Position numbers and translations under genes: made by a program
Origin: an uncultured Pseudorhodobacter sp.
Lineage (GTDB): Bacteria > Pseudomonadota > Alphaproteobacteria > Rhodobacterales > Rhodobacteraceae
NCBI GenBank assembly: GCA_945957495.1
Contig: CAMFLG010000001.1
Location: forward strand, 1 to 40,672
Length of the DNA stretch: 40,672 nt
Direction of reading: 5' to 3'
The notes under the pieces: generated by a model
What the model was told of the DNA's origin: nothing
Seen by the model: only the letters and a program-made list of their open reading frames with translations
The model's database searches: none
Shown here: piece after piece, positions 19,073-28,017 of the stretch
How positions within the stretch are numbered: position 1 is the first letter of the stretch
Layout: each line of letters opens with the position of its first letter

Positions 19073-19155
19073 ATGCTCCGTTTGGCTTCGGTGAAGCCAT
19101 TTCAAACTGGAATGCGCCGCAGACTTGCAGCGCCGTTTCAAGTATGACGAAGCAT
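19073..19155 (-). promoter_or_regulatory. SD-sequestering mRNA structure upstream of the oxidase
   Basis: AUGCUUCGU (19155-19147, inside the leader) pairs with ACGGAGCAU (19081-19073, the SD). Encloses hairpins GCGCUGCA/UGCGGCGC and UGGCUUC/GAAGCCA. Confidence 0.75.
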
Positions 19156-19509
19156 GTCGGGTGGACGTTGTGCAGGATCAGGAATGAGCGAGGTCCACGC
19201 AGGACCGACTTCCCCCAACCAAGTTGTCGCCTCGATCCTTGCAACCCGCCCAACGACAACGCCACCTTCGAGCCTGTCCGACCCGAGGCACAGTGTGGCA
19301 CAAAGTGAACCATTCATTTTAGAATGCTGGGGATCGCCATGGCTTGTTTGATCTTGGACATGTCCTGCATGGATCATCGTCATGGACATTTCATGCGCCT
19401 GAGCGCTCATCCCCAAGTGGGATGTGTTCAAAGCAAAAATCAGCGCCAGCACAAGAAGACTGTGCAGCGTCGAAACAAATTCAAGAACGGTGCGGCTTCT
19501 TGAGTGCAT
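19138..19509 (-). CDS. CutF/DUF2946-like exported leader protein 2
   Basis: Signal-like N-terminus, His/Met-rich segment, CATLC (CxxxC), PDPAQRPPD tail; directly upstream of the multicopper oxidase. Confidence 0.82.
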   Translation of the reverse strand: MHSRSRTVLEFVSTLHSLLVLALIFALNTSHLGMSAQAHEMSMTMIHAGHVQDQTSHGDPQHSKMNGSLCATLCLGSDRLEGGVVVGRVARIEATTWLGEVGPAWTSLIPDPAQRPPDMLRHT

Positions 19510-19515
19510 GGGTTC

Positions 19516-19544
19516 GAGATAGCCCTACGTGGTCGACCCGGCAA
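19516..19544 (-). promoter_or_regulatory. Putative sigma70 promoter giving a leaderless transcript
   Basis: TTGCCG-17 bp-TATCTC-6 bp-ATG; no SD. Confidence 0.55.
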
Positions 19545-19637
19545 GTAACGTCGTCGAGTGTTTCAAGTCGCGACGGCGGGAACGTGCTGGGAATGCTTTC
19601 TGGTGGGAGTTGGCGGATCAATTCGCGGCGGAACTAT

Positions 19638-22600
19638 TCAGGCTCCTCCAGCAAGCTGCATCTTTGCTGGAACGGCGGCAGTGCGCGCCAATTCCCAGCC
19701 TTTGACCAGCGAATATACTGCCGGGATCACCACCAGTGTCAGCACGGTTGAACTGACCATGCCCCCAATCATCGGCACGGCGATGCGCTGCATCACCTCG
19801 GAACCCGTGCCATGCGCCCAGAGGATCGGCATCAACCCGGCCATGATCGCCACCACGGTCATCATCTTGGGGCGCACGCGTTCCACCGCGCCGACCATGA
19901 TCGCGGCATTCAGATCGGCACGCGTGAAGACTCGGGTTTCCGCTGCGGCCTTGGCCCGGGCTTCAATCAGCGCATGATCAAGGTAAATCAACATGATTAC
20001 CCCGGTTTCTGCGGCCACCCCTGCCAAGGCGATAAAGCCGACCGCCACGGCGACCGAGGTGTTGAAGCCAAGAAACCACATCAGCCAGATGCCCCCCACC
20101 AGCGCAAAGGGTAAAGACAGCATCACGATCAGGGTTTCCGTCAGCGCGCGAAAGTTCAGGAACAGCAGCAGAAAAATCAGCGCCAAAGTCACCGGAACCA
20201 CAATTTTCAACCGCTCGGTGGCGCGTTCCAGATATTCAAACTGGCCGCTCCAGGCCACCGAATACCCCGTTGGCAATACCACCTGCGCCTCTACCGCCGC
20301 CTTGGCGTCGGCGACATAGCCACCCAGATCGCGGCCAGAAATATCGACAAAGATATAGACCGCCAACTGGCCGTTTTCGGTGCGAATGGTCGTCGCCCCC
20401 CGTGTCAGTTCTACTGTGGCGACAGCCCCCAAAGGCACCGACCCACCACCCGGCAGGGCCACCTGCACATCGCGGGCTATCGCCTGCGGGTCGGAGCGTT
20501 GGTCACGGGGATAGCGGACGGCGACGCCGTAACGTTCGCGTCCTTCAACCGTCTGGGTGATCACTTCGGACCCCAAAGCCATCGAAATGACCTCCTGCAC
20601 TGCCGCGACCGACAGCCCATAGCGGCCAAGGGCGGCACGGTCAGGTGTAATGTCGAGGAAGTAACCGCCAATCACCCGTTCGGCATAGGCGCTCGATGTG
20701 CCGGGCACTTTGCGGACGACGGCTTCAATTTCGCGCGCCACACCTTCCATCTTGGCCAGATCAGTGCCGTAGATCTTGATGCCAACCGGGGTGCGGATGC
20801 CGGTAGACAGCATATCGGTGCGCGCCCGGATCGGCATGGTCCAGGCGTTCGACACACCGGGAAATTGCAGTGCCGCGTCCATTTCATCCTTCAAGCTTTC
20901 CGACGTAACGCCCGCCCGCCATTCCGATTTCGGTTTCAGATTGATGATGGTTTCAAACATCTCGGTCGGGGCCGGATCCGTGGCCGTTTGCGCCCGACCG
21001 GACTTGCCGAACACCGATTGCACCTCGGGGAAACTTTTGATGATGCGGTCTTGCATCTGCATCAGTTCCGCCGCTTTGGTCACCGAAATGCCTGGCAGCG
21101 TGGTTGGCATATACATCAAGGTGCCCTCGTCCAGTGCGGGCATGAACTCGCTGCCCAACTGTCGCGCGGGCCAGACTGTAACCACCAATGCCGCGAGGGC
21201 GATCATGATCGTCAGACCCCGCGCCTTCAAAACACCCCGAATGATCGGCCTATACAGCGCGATCAGCAGGCGGTTCACCGGGTTCTTGTGTTCCGGCACG
21301 ATATGGCCGCGCACAAAAATCACCATCAACGCAGGCACCAACGTCACCGACAAGATCGCCGCCGCAGCCATCGCGAAAGTCTTGGTAAAGGCCAGCGGGC
21401 CAAATAACTTGCCCTCCTGGTTTTCCAGCGTGAAGATCGGCAGAAACGACACGGTGATGATCAGCAGGCTGAAAAACAGTGCCGGTCCAACTTCTGCCGC
21501 TGCCTTGATCAGAATTTCGACACGCGGGGTGCCGGGTTCTGCGCGTTCCAGATGTTTATGCGCGTTCTCGATCATCACAATCGCTGCGTCGATCATCGCG
21601 CCGATGGCAATGGCAATGCCACCAAGGCTCATGATGTTCGAGCCAAGACCCAGAAACTTCATCGCCGAAAACGCCATCAGGATGCCAACCGGCAGCATGA
21701 TGATCGCGACCAGAGCCGAGCGGACATGCAGTAGGAAAATGATGGTGACGGCGGCCACAACCAGACTTTCCTCCAGCAATGTGCCTTTCAGGGTTTCAAT
21801 GGCAGATTCAATCAAAGTGGATCGGTCATAGACCGGCACGATTTCCGTGCCCTCGGGCAAGGACTTCTGCACATCTGCCAAGGCGGTCTTGGCATTGTCG
21901 ATCACCGTCAACGCGTTCGATCCCACCCGTTGCAGCACGATGCCACTGGCAACCTCCCCGTCGCCGTTTAATTCAGTGATACCGCGCCGCTCATCTGGAA
22001 CGATTTCGACTTGTGCCACATCCGACAGCCGCAGCGGCACGCCGGATTTGGTCATAAGGGTGATGTTTTCGATATCGGCCGTGCCCTTCAGATAGCCGCG
22101 CCCGCGCACCATGAATTCAAATTCCGAGATTTCCACCGTGCGCCCACCGGTATCCATGTTGCTGTCACGAACAGCCTTACCGATATCGGCCAGCGTCACC
22201 CCCTGCGCCCGCATCCGCGCCGGATCGACGACGATGGAATATTGCTTCACAAAGCCGCCAACACTGGCAACTTCCGACACACCATCGGCCTTTGATGCCG
22301 CAAAGCGCACCACCCAATCCTGCAAAGACCGCAGTTCCGCCAGTGACAACTCCTTGCCGACCAGCGCGTATTGATAGACCCAGCCCACCCCGGTTGCGTC
22401 CGGCCCAAGTGCTGGCGTTACGCCATCCGGCAGGCGGCTCGCTGCGGCGTTAAGGTATTCCAGCACCCGGGATCGCGCCCAATAGGGGTCTACGCCATCC
22501 TCAAAAATCACATAGACGAACGACACTCCGAAGAAGCTGAACCCCCGTACCACCTTGGACCTTGGCACCGTCAGCATCGCAGTCGTCAGCGGATAGGTCA

Positions 22601-22793
22601 CCTGATCCTCGACCACTTGCGGCGCTTGGCCGGGGTAATCTGTCAACACGATCACCTGCACGTCAGACAGATCCGGGATCGCGTCCAACGGCAGGGTGCG
22701 GATCGCGTATACTCCGCCCGCCACGGCAACGGCAGCGGCAAACAGGATCAACACCAGATTGCGTGCCGACCAGCCGATCAGTTTGGCGATCAT
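19638..22793 (-). CDS. cusA: CusA-type heavy-metal RND efflux permease
   Basis: LDAIPDLSDVQV, LGPDATGVGW, AMIDAAIVMIEN, Met triad context (LMYM, TEMFET, WTMPI), ERVRPKMMT. Confidence 0.96.
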   Translation of the reverse strand: MIAKLIGWSARNLVLILFAAAVAVAGGVYAIRTLPLDAIPDLSDVQVIVLTDYPGQAPQVVEDQVTYPLTTAMLTVPRSKVVRGFSFFGVSFVYVIFEDGVDPYWARSRVLEYLNAAASRLPDGVTPALGPDATGVGWVYQYALVGKELSLAELRSLQDWVVRFAASKADGVSEVASVGGFVKQYSIVVDPARMRAQGVTLADIGKAVRDSNMDTGGRTVEISEFEFMVRGRGYLKGTADIENITLMTKSGVPLRLSDVAQVEIVPDERRGITELNGDGEVASGIVLQRVGSNALTVIDNAKTALADVQKSLPEGTEIVPVYDRSTLIESAIETLKGTLLEESLVVAAVTIIFLLHVRSALVAIIMLPVGILMAFSAMKFLGLGSNIMSLGGIAIAIGAMIDAAIVMIENAHKHLERAEPGTPRVEILIKAAAEVGPALFFSLLIITVSFLPIFTLENQEGKLFGPLAFTKTFAMAAAAILSVTLVPALMVIFVRGHIVPEHKNPVNRLLIALYRPIIRGVLKARGLTIMIALAALVVTVWPARQLGSEFMPALDEGTLMYMPTTLPGISVTKAAELMQMQDRIIKSFPEVQSVFGKSGRAQTATDPAPTEMFETIINLKPKSEWRAGVTSESLKDEMDAALQFPGVSNAWTMPIRARTDMLSTGIRTPVGIKIYGTDLAKMEGVAREIEAVVRKVPGTSSAYAERVIGGYFLDITPDRAALGRYGLSVAAVQEVISMALGSEVITQTVEGRERYGVAVRYPRDQRSDPQAIARDVQVALPGGGSVPLGAVATVELTRGATTIRTENGQLAVYIFVDISGRDLGGYVADAKAAVEAQVVLPTGYSVAWSGQFEYLERATERLKIVVPVTLALIFLLLFLNFRALTETLIVMLSLPFALVGGIWLMWFLGFNTSVAVAVGFIALAGVAAETGVIMLIYLDHALIEARAKAAAETRVFTRADLNAAIMVGAVERVRPKMMTVVAIMAGLMPILWAHGTGSEVMQRIAVPMIGGMVSSTVLTLVVIPAVYSLVKGWELARTAAVPAKMQLAGGA

Positions 22794-24280
22794 GGCTGTG
22801 CCTCCACCGGGGTAAGCGCCGATAGCGCGGCTTTCAGGTTGCTTTCCGCGTCAATCAGGAAATTGGCTGACACGACCACCGTTTCGCCCTCGGCCACGCC
22901 TTTGCTGATCTCGACCATGCCAGCACCGCGCATCCCCACCTGCACATCTCGCGGCTCAAACCGCCCCTCGCCCAGATTGACAATCACAACCTGACGGTCG
23001 CCGCTATCAATCACGGCAGAATCCGGCACAGTGACCACCGCAGCACCACCTCCGGCTGCGATTTCGACGTCGGCATACATATGCGCAATCATCGCGCCAT
23101 CCGGGTTCGGCAGTTCAACACGAATTTTCGCGGTGCGGGTTTCGGCCTGAATTTCAGGATAAATCTCGTCGACCTTGCCGATGAACTCTCGTCCCGGCAG
23201 GCTGCGAAATCGCACGGTTGCCGCCGCCCCGCGCTGCACCTGCGCCAGTTCATATTCCGGCACATCCGCGATGATCCAGACGGTCGAGGTATCGGCGATG
23301 CGAAATAACGTCTCGCCCGCTGCGGCCATCATGCCGTCCACCGCCATCCGTTCCAGGACCACGCCGCCTTGCGGGGCCATCAGCGTAACCGAAAGCGGCG
23401 GTTTGCCAGTTGTCTCAATCTGCGCGATCATCTCCTCAGGTACGCCAAGGTTCAACAAGCGCTGCAAACTGCCAGCCGCCTTTGCCTTGCCGCCAATGCG
23501 CAAATCCGCTGCATACTGCGCCCCGGCAGATGCAAACTCCTTGGCGTACAGTGTCACCAATGGTTGCCCGGCCCGGATCGGTGCCCCTGTTGTCACATCG
23601 GCGACCTTTTCGACAAACGCCTCGGTGCGCAGGGAAATCACACTGACCTTGCGCTCGTCATGCTCGACCACGCCTGGCACGATGATCGGCTGACTGATCG
23701 TGGACCGAGTGGCCAGAGTGGTTTTCACCCCCGTTCGTTGAATCTTGCCTGCCGAAACGGTGACAGTCGATCCATCCGCCTCTTCCCCATCGTAGACTGG
23801 AAGATAGTCCATCCCCATCGAGTCTTTCTTTGGGGTTGGCGAGGTATCGGGAAGTCCCATTGGATTGCGGTAATAAAGGATACGTTTTTCATCCGCCGTC
23901 GCTGGCACGGCCGTGGCGACGCCCGCGTCTGCCACGGCTTGGTCAGCCTCTTTCGGTGGATCGTCAAAACTGACATCCTGACTGGCCAGCACGGCCACAT
24001 AGGCGCGGCCATCCGCCGCAGTCTTTGGTGCGAATGAATAGGCGGCCTCATCCGGGTGGCGGTAATAGATGACTGCCCCTTCCGGGACAGCCACTTTCAA
24101 GGTTTCAGTGCTACTTGTCGCCATCGCTTCCGCGTCACCGCCAAAGAGCCGCGACGCATAAGTTGTCACCAAGGCGGGGATATCGGCCGGAGCCACGCCT
24201 TGGTCCCCAGCCCAAATCCCGGCAAAACCCGCGGATCCAGCGATCAGCCCCACCATCAGGGTCTTGCCGAGAACGCTCAT
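22790..24280 (-). CDS. cusB: CusB-type RND periplasmic adaptor
   Basis: YYRNPMG...KKDSMGMDYLPVY, membrane-fusion protein core, ANFLIDAESNL; ATGA overlaps at both ends. Confidence 0.93.
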   Translation of the reverse strand: MSVLGKTLMVGLIAGSAGFAGIWAGDQGVAPADIPALVTTYASRLFGGDAEAMATSSTETLKVAVPEGAVIYYRHPDEAAYSFAPKTAADGRAYVAVLASQDVSFDDPPKEADQAVADAGVATAVPATADEKRILYYRNPMGLPDTSPTPKKDSMGMDYLPVYDGEEADGSTVTVSAGKIQRTGVKTTLATRSTISQPIIVPGVVEHDERKVSVISLRTEAFVEKVADVTTGAPIRAGQPLVTLYAKEFASAGAQYAADLRIGGKAKAAGSLQRLLNLGVPEEMIAQIETTGKPPLSVTLMAPQGGVVLERMAVDGMMAAAGETLFRIADTSTVWIIADVPEYELAQVQRGAAATVRFRSLPGREFIGKVDEIYPEIQAETRTAKIRVELPNPDGAMIAHMYADVEIAAGGGAAVVTVPDSAVIDSGDRQVVIVNLGEGRFEPRDVQVGMRGAGMVEISKGVAEGETVVVSANFLIDAESNLKAALSALTPVEAQP

Positions 24281-24678
24281 TTCTGCACGCCGAGGATCAG
24301 CTCGCCCTGCACCGTCTCTGCTTCACCCTGCACTTTGGCTGCGATCTGAAACCTCCAGTTCCCTGCCATCGTTAGATCGGCCTTGAACTGGTATTGCCCG
24401 GGAATGTCTGACGCCACCGCTTCCACCGGGGTGGTCATCCCTTCCATGCCTTCAGGAGCCATATCGAGGCGTGTCGTGAAAATCACCGCGTCGGTGACCG
24501 GCGTGTTTGTCCGCATATCGGTCAAGCTGACCGATATGATCGCCCCATCACCGGGGTGCAGGGCGTTGCTGATGATTTTGAACGCATAGTCTTCGGGGGC
24601 AGCTTGTGCCGCAAAGGCCGCCACAAAGCTGAGAGCCTGCGCTAGCACTAGGCTGCGCAACAATTGTTTGGTGTTCAT
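24277..24678 (-). CDS. Periplasmic FixH/YtkA-like protein
   Basis: Signal peptide from ATG 24678; RLDMAPEGMEGMT, PGQYQF, LTMAGNW, AKVQGE. Confidence 0.85.
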   Translation of the reverse strand: MNTKQLLRSLVLAQALSFVAAFAAQAAPEDYAFKIISNALHPGDGAIISVSLTDMRTNTPVTDAVIFTTRLDMAPEGMEGMTTPVEAVASDIPGQYQFKADLTMAGNWRFQIAAKVQGEAETVQGELILGVQK

Positions 24679-24690
24679 GATAAAACTTTC

Positions 24691-24803
24691 GACTGTCAAA
24701 GCCGCGCAGTTGCGCGATACCGGCTTGGCATTTACCAAGCCGCGCTTACCGCCCGGCGTGAGTGCCGCGCAGTTTACGGGTGCGTTTAGCACCCATGACA
24801 GTC
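24691..24803 (-). promoter_or_regulatory. Multi-branch mRNA structure between leader 3 and the YtkA-cusBA operon
   Basis: GACUGUCA (overlaps the stop) pairs with UGACAGUC immediately 5' of the weak SD GAAAG; inner hairpins GGGUGC/GCACCC and CGGCUUGG/CCAAGCCG. Confidence 0.68.
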
Positions 24804-25131
24804 AGACTTTGGGAGGTCTTCGTAACCCACTGCCTTCCAAGGAAGGCAAAGTTGGATTCGCTGAAAATTCAAAGCGCACGCTCTGAACAATGGGGTGGAA
24901 GTTAGGTTTGGCCGTCGAGGGTGCAACGGCCGCAGGCACTGACAGGCAGGGGACGACCAAAGGGCAATCAGGCATCTTGGCACAGCTTTGCGATGTGCAG
25001 GGCGTACCATCATCCATTTGCATCATCGGCGAGGTTACGGCAGTAACCGCGGCATATGTTTCTTGGGCCGGGGCAACGATCATCGTTGCCAGCGTCAAAA
25101 CCAAACCCAACATGCCTAATAACCTGCTCAT
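24802..25131 (-). CDS. CutF/DUF2946-like exported leader protein 3
   Basis: 109 aa from ATG 25131; signal peptide, MMQMDD, CTSQSCAKMPDCPLVVPC, C-terminal GLRRPPKV. Confidence 0.75.
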   Translation of the reverse strand: MSRLLGMLGLVLTLATMIVAPAQETYAAVTAVTSPMMQMDDGTPCTSQSCAKMPDCPLVVPCLSVPAAVAPSTAKPNFHPIVQSVRFEFSANPTLPSLEGSGLRRPPKV

Positions 25132-25222
25132 CCGAACGTGTTTGCCCGGATGGTCGCCGTCTCGCAAGTCACAATTTGCGGAGCGGCGCTTTGCGAGGGT
25201 GCTGGACTGGACCACCGCATCG

Positions 25223-27484
25223 TCAGCCTTCGTTTTCTGGATTGAACCTCAACAGTCTCAGCGCGTTCAACGTGACAAGAACTGTGGCGCCGGTATCGGC
25301 CATGATCGCGATCCACAGCCCAGTCATCCCAAAGATTGTCGTCACCAGAAACACTGCCTTAAGCCCAAGTGCTAGGGTCACGTTCTGGCGAATATTGCCC
25401 ATCGCAGCCCGTGCAAGCCGGATCATTGCGGCCACATCCGTCACGCGGTTGCGCAGCAATGCGGCAGATGCGGTTTCCAGTGCGACGTCGGTGCCCGATC
25501 CCATAGCCACGCCGACCGAGGCGGCAGCAAGTGCTGGTGCATCGTTTATCCCATCACCGACCATGATCAAGCCGCCTGATTTCACCATGTCCTTGATCGC
25601 CGTCACTTTGTCATCGGGCATCAGATCGGCGCGGTGCTGCATGCCAAGCACACCGGCGATTGCAGCACCTGTGCGGGCATTGTCACCGGTCAACATCACC
25701 GAAGTGATCCCCATCGCCGACAGTTGCGCTATGGCCGCGATGGCGTCGTCGCGCGGCTGATCACGCATCGCAATCAATCCCAGTGCCTTGCGCTCACGGA
25801 ATACCACCACAACCGTCTTGCCTTCGGCTTCCATGTCCGAGGCGCGCCGGATGCCCAGACCATCAAGAGCACCACTGTCCGAGGCGAAACGGGGCGAGCC
25901 AACCCACGCGACCTCGCCCGCTACATTTGCCTCGGCACCTTTGCCTATCAGCGCTCTTGCCCCAGTGGACAGCAGTGCCGTCACACCAGCCGCTTCGGCC
26001 TTGCGCAGTATCGCCTCGGCCAACGGATGGCTGGAGCCGCTTTCGACCCCAGCCGCGATGGCCAAAAGATCAGATTCGGTCCCGTCAAGCACCACCACAT
26101 CGGTCACGGCAGGCCGGCCCACTGTCAAAGTTCCCGTTTTGTCGAATGCCACCTGAGTTGTGCGCGCCACCGCCTCGATCACTGTGCCACCCTTCATCAG
26201 CATGCCACGTTTGGCACCAGTCGCCAGCGCCGAAGCGATCGAGGCAGGAACCGAGATCACCAATGCGCAGGGGCAGCCAATCAGCAAAAGCGCGAGGCCG
26301 CGGTAAACCCAAGTGCCCCAGGCCTGCCCAAAAAACAGCGGTGGGACTACCGCGACGAGCAGCGCAAGCCCGGTGATCGCAGGCATGTAATAGCGGCTGA
26401 ACCGGTCGATGAATCGTTCTGTCGGTGCGCGAGCAGATTCCGCTTCTTCCACCAAAGCGATGATGCGCGAGATGGTGTTGTCTTCGGCAGATTTGGTCAC
26501 GGTGATTCGCAGCGCCGCCTCGGCGTTGATCGACCCGGCAAAAACCGCATCCCCCGGCCCCTTTGTTTTCGGCATAGATTCACCCGTTACCGGGCTTTCG
26601 TCGATGCCAGACGTGCCTTTGGCAATCGTGCCATCGGCCGGAATGCGGTCGCCTGGGCGCACCAACACAAGTTGGCCGATTTGCAAACTGGCCGCATCCA
26701 CTTCGCGTGCAACGCCGTTTTCCTCGACCAGCGCCGTCTTGGGCACCAAGTTCGCCAAAGCACGGATTGAGGCTCGGGCCCGGTCGGCGGCAACGCCTTC
26801 CAGAACTTCGCCGACTGCAAACAAGAACACGACCAGTGCCGCCTCTTCTGCCGCGCCAATGAACAGGGCACCGACAGCGGCGATGGTCATCAGGCCTTCG
26901 ATGGTGAAGGGGATACCTGCACGCAGGGCTGCAAAGGCCCGCCGCGCCACCGGGGCGACGCCGATCAGACAGGCCGCGACAAACGTCCACAGAGCGATCT
27001 GCTCCGAAGCGAAAAACTTTACAATCCAGGCAACCGCCAACAGCAGGCCAGTGCCGATCACCAGCTTGCCCTTGGCCGTCTGATACCAGTGCTTGTCGAG
27101 GTCAGCGGGAGAAGACGCGTGGTTGTGACCCGCAGCACCATGGCCCGCATCCTGCGTGCCTTCTTTCGCATCATGGACGTGACCAGTGTGATCATGGTCG
27201 TGATCGCTGGCTTCAGGTTCATTTGGCATGACGAACTTTCGTTTGCCCGTTGCCTGACCCTTCGGAGCAATACCATAACCCAGCTTCTTGACCGTCGCCT
27301 CAATGGCTTCGCGGCCAGTGGCACCTGGTTCCAATCTCAGGCTCAGCTTTTCCGACATCACACCAACCTGCACTTCGGCCACGCCTGGCAGCCGTTCCAA
27401 TGCTGTGGTGATCTTGGTGGCGCAGGCTGCGCAATCCATACCGGTTACCGTCCAGTCGTGCCGCTCATTGGTGTTGCCCGTCAT
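25223..27484 (-). CDS. zntA: Zn/Cd/Pb-exporting P1B-2 ATPase
   Basis: GMDCAAC, His-rich linker, CPC, DKTGT, LGLK and MADTG (P1B-2 Lys/Asp). Start 27484 (AAAGGGG RBS) or 27505. Confidence 0.93.
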   Translation of the reverse strand: MTGNTNERHDWTVTGMDCAACATKITTALERLPGVAEVQVGVMSEKLSLRLEPGATGREAIEATVKKLGYGIAPKGQATGKRKFVMPNEPEASDHDHDHTGHVHDAKEGTQDAGHGAAGHNHASSPADLDKHWYQTAKGKLVIGTGLLLAVAWIVKFFASEQIALWTFVAACLIGVAPVARRAFAALRAGIPFTIEGLMTIAAVGALFIGAAEEAALVVFLFAVGEVLEGVAADRARASIRALANLVPKTALVEENGVAREVDAASLQIGQLVLVRPGDRIPADGTIAKGTSGIDESPVTGESMPKTKGPGDAVFAGSINAEAALRITVTKSAEDNTISRIIALVEEAESARAPTERFIDRFSRYYMPAITGLALLVAVVPPLFFGQAWGTWVYRGLALLLIGCPCALVISVPASIASALATGAKRGMLMKGGTVIEAVARTTQVAFDKTGTLTVGRPAVTDVVVLDGTESDLLAIAAGVESGSSHPLAEAILRKAEAAGVTALLSTGARALIGKGAEANVAGEVAWVGSPRFASDSGALDGLGIRRASDMEAEGKTVVVVFRERKALGLIAMRDQPRDDAIAAIAQLSAMGITSVMLTGDNARTGAAIAGVLGMQHRADLMPDDKVTAIKDMVKSGGLIMVGDGINDAPALAAASVGVAMGSGTDVALETASAALLRNRVTDVAAMIRLARAAMGNIRQNVTLALGLKAVFLVTTIFGMTGLWIAIMADTGATVLVTLNALRLLRFNPENEG

Positions 27485-27532
27485 CTTTTCCCCTTTCGCC
27501 ACCATAGCGGCACTTGTAACCCTCGAATCATA

Positions 27533-27563
27533 TTCCTAATGTCTCTAGCAACTATAGGTTCAA
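27533..27563 (-). promoter_or_regulatory. CadR/PbrR-type promoter-operator
   Basis: TTGAAC-19 bp-TAGGAA with the dyad CTATAG-TTG-CTAGAG, resembling PbrR/CadR operators; lies between the divergent ATPase and regulator. Confidence 0.8.
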
Positions 27564-27573
27564 GAGGTTTCTC

Positions 27574-28014
27574 ATGCTGACCATCGGAAAACTTGGCGCG
27601 GCAGCGGGGGTCAAGGTGCCGACAATCCGCTACTACGAGCAGATCGGCCTTCTGCCTGATGCCGAACGGTCAACTGGCAATCAACGGCTATACTCGAAGG
27701 TCACAAAAGATCGTCTCGCCTTCATTCGGCACGCCCGCGAGCTTGGTTTTCCACTCGAGGCTATCCGTGACCTCTTGGGCCTTTCCGACCGCCCCGACCA
27801 GTCCTGCGCCGAGGTCGATGGTATTGCCCGCGCACAGTTGCGGGCCGTCGAGGGCCGCATAGCGCGCCTGCAAGCCCTGAAGACCGAGTTGGAGCGTATG
27901 GTGGGTCAGTGCGCCGGGGGCAACATTGCTGACTGCCGGGTAATTGAGGTTCTGGGCGACCACACCCATTGTGCCGCTGATCATGATCGTGACATCCACG
28001 CCGTGTCAGGGTAG
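27574..28014 (+). CDS. Divalent-metal MerR-family regulator (CadR/ZntR/PbrR-like)
   Basis: MerR HTH (TIRYYEQIGL); three Cys (SCAEVD; QCAGGNIADC); His-containing tail. Confidence 0.92.
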   Translation: MLTIGKLGAAAGVKVPTIRYYEQIGLLPDAERSTGNQRLYSKVTKDRLAFIRHARELGFPLEAIRDLLGLSDRPDQSCAEVDGIARAQLRAVEGRIARLQALKTELERMVGQCAGGNIADCRVIEVLGDHTHCAADHDRDIHAVSG

Positions 28015-28017
28015 CCG

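Noticed and set aside
19070-19141. N-terminal extension of the oxidase in the ORF track
   Set aside because: The Tat motif and SD place the start at 19069; the extension is the structured intergenic RNA. The same reasoning applies to 24679-24792, where the NCAALT repeat reflects a DNA repeat.
19549-19578. Hairpin downstream of cusA as terminator
   Set aside because: Imperfect stem, large loop, no U-tract.
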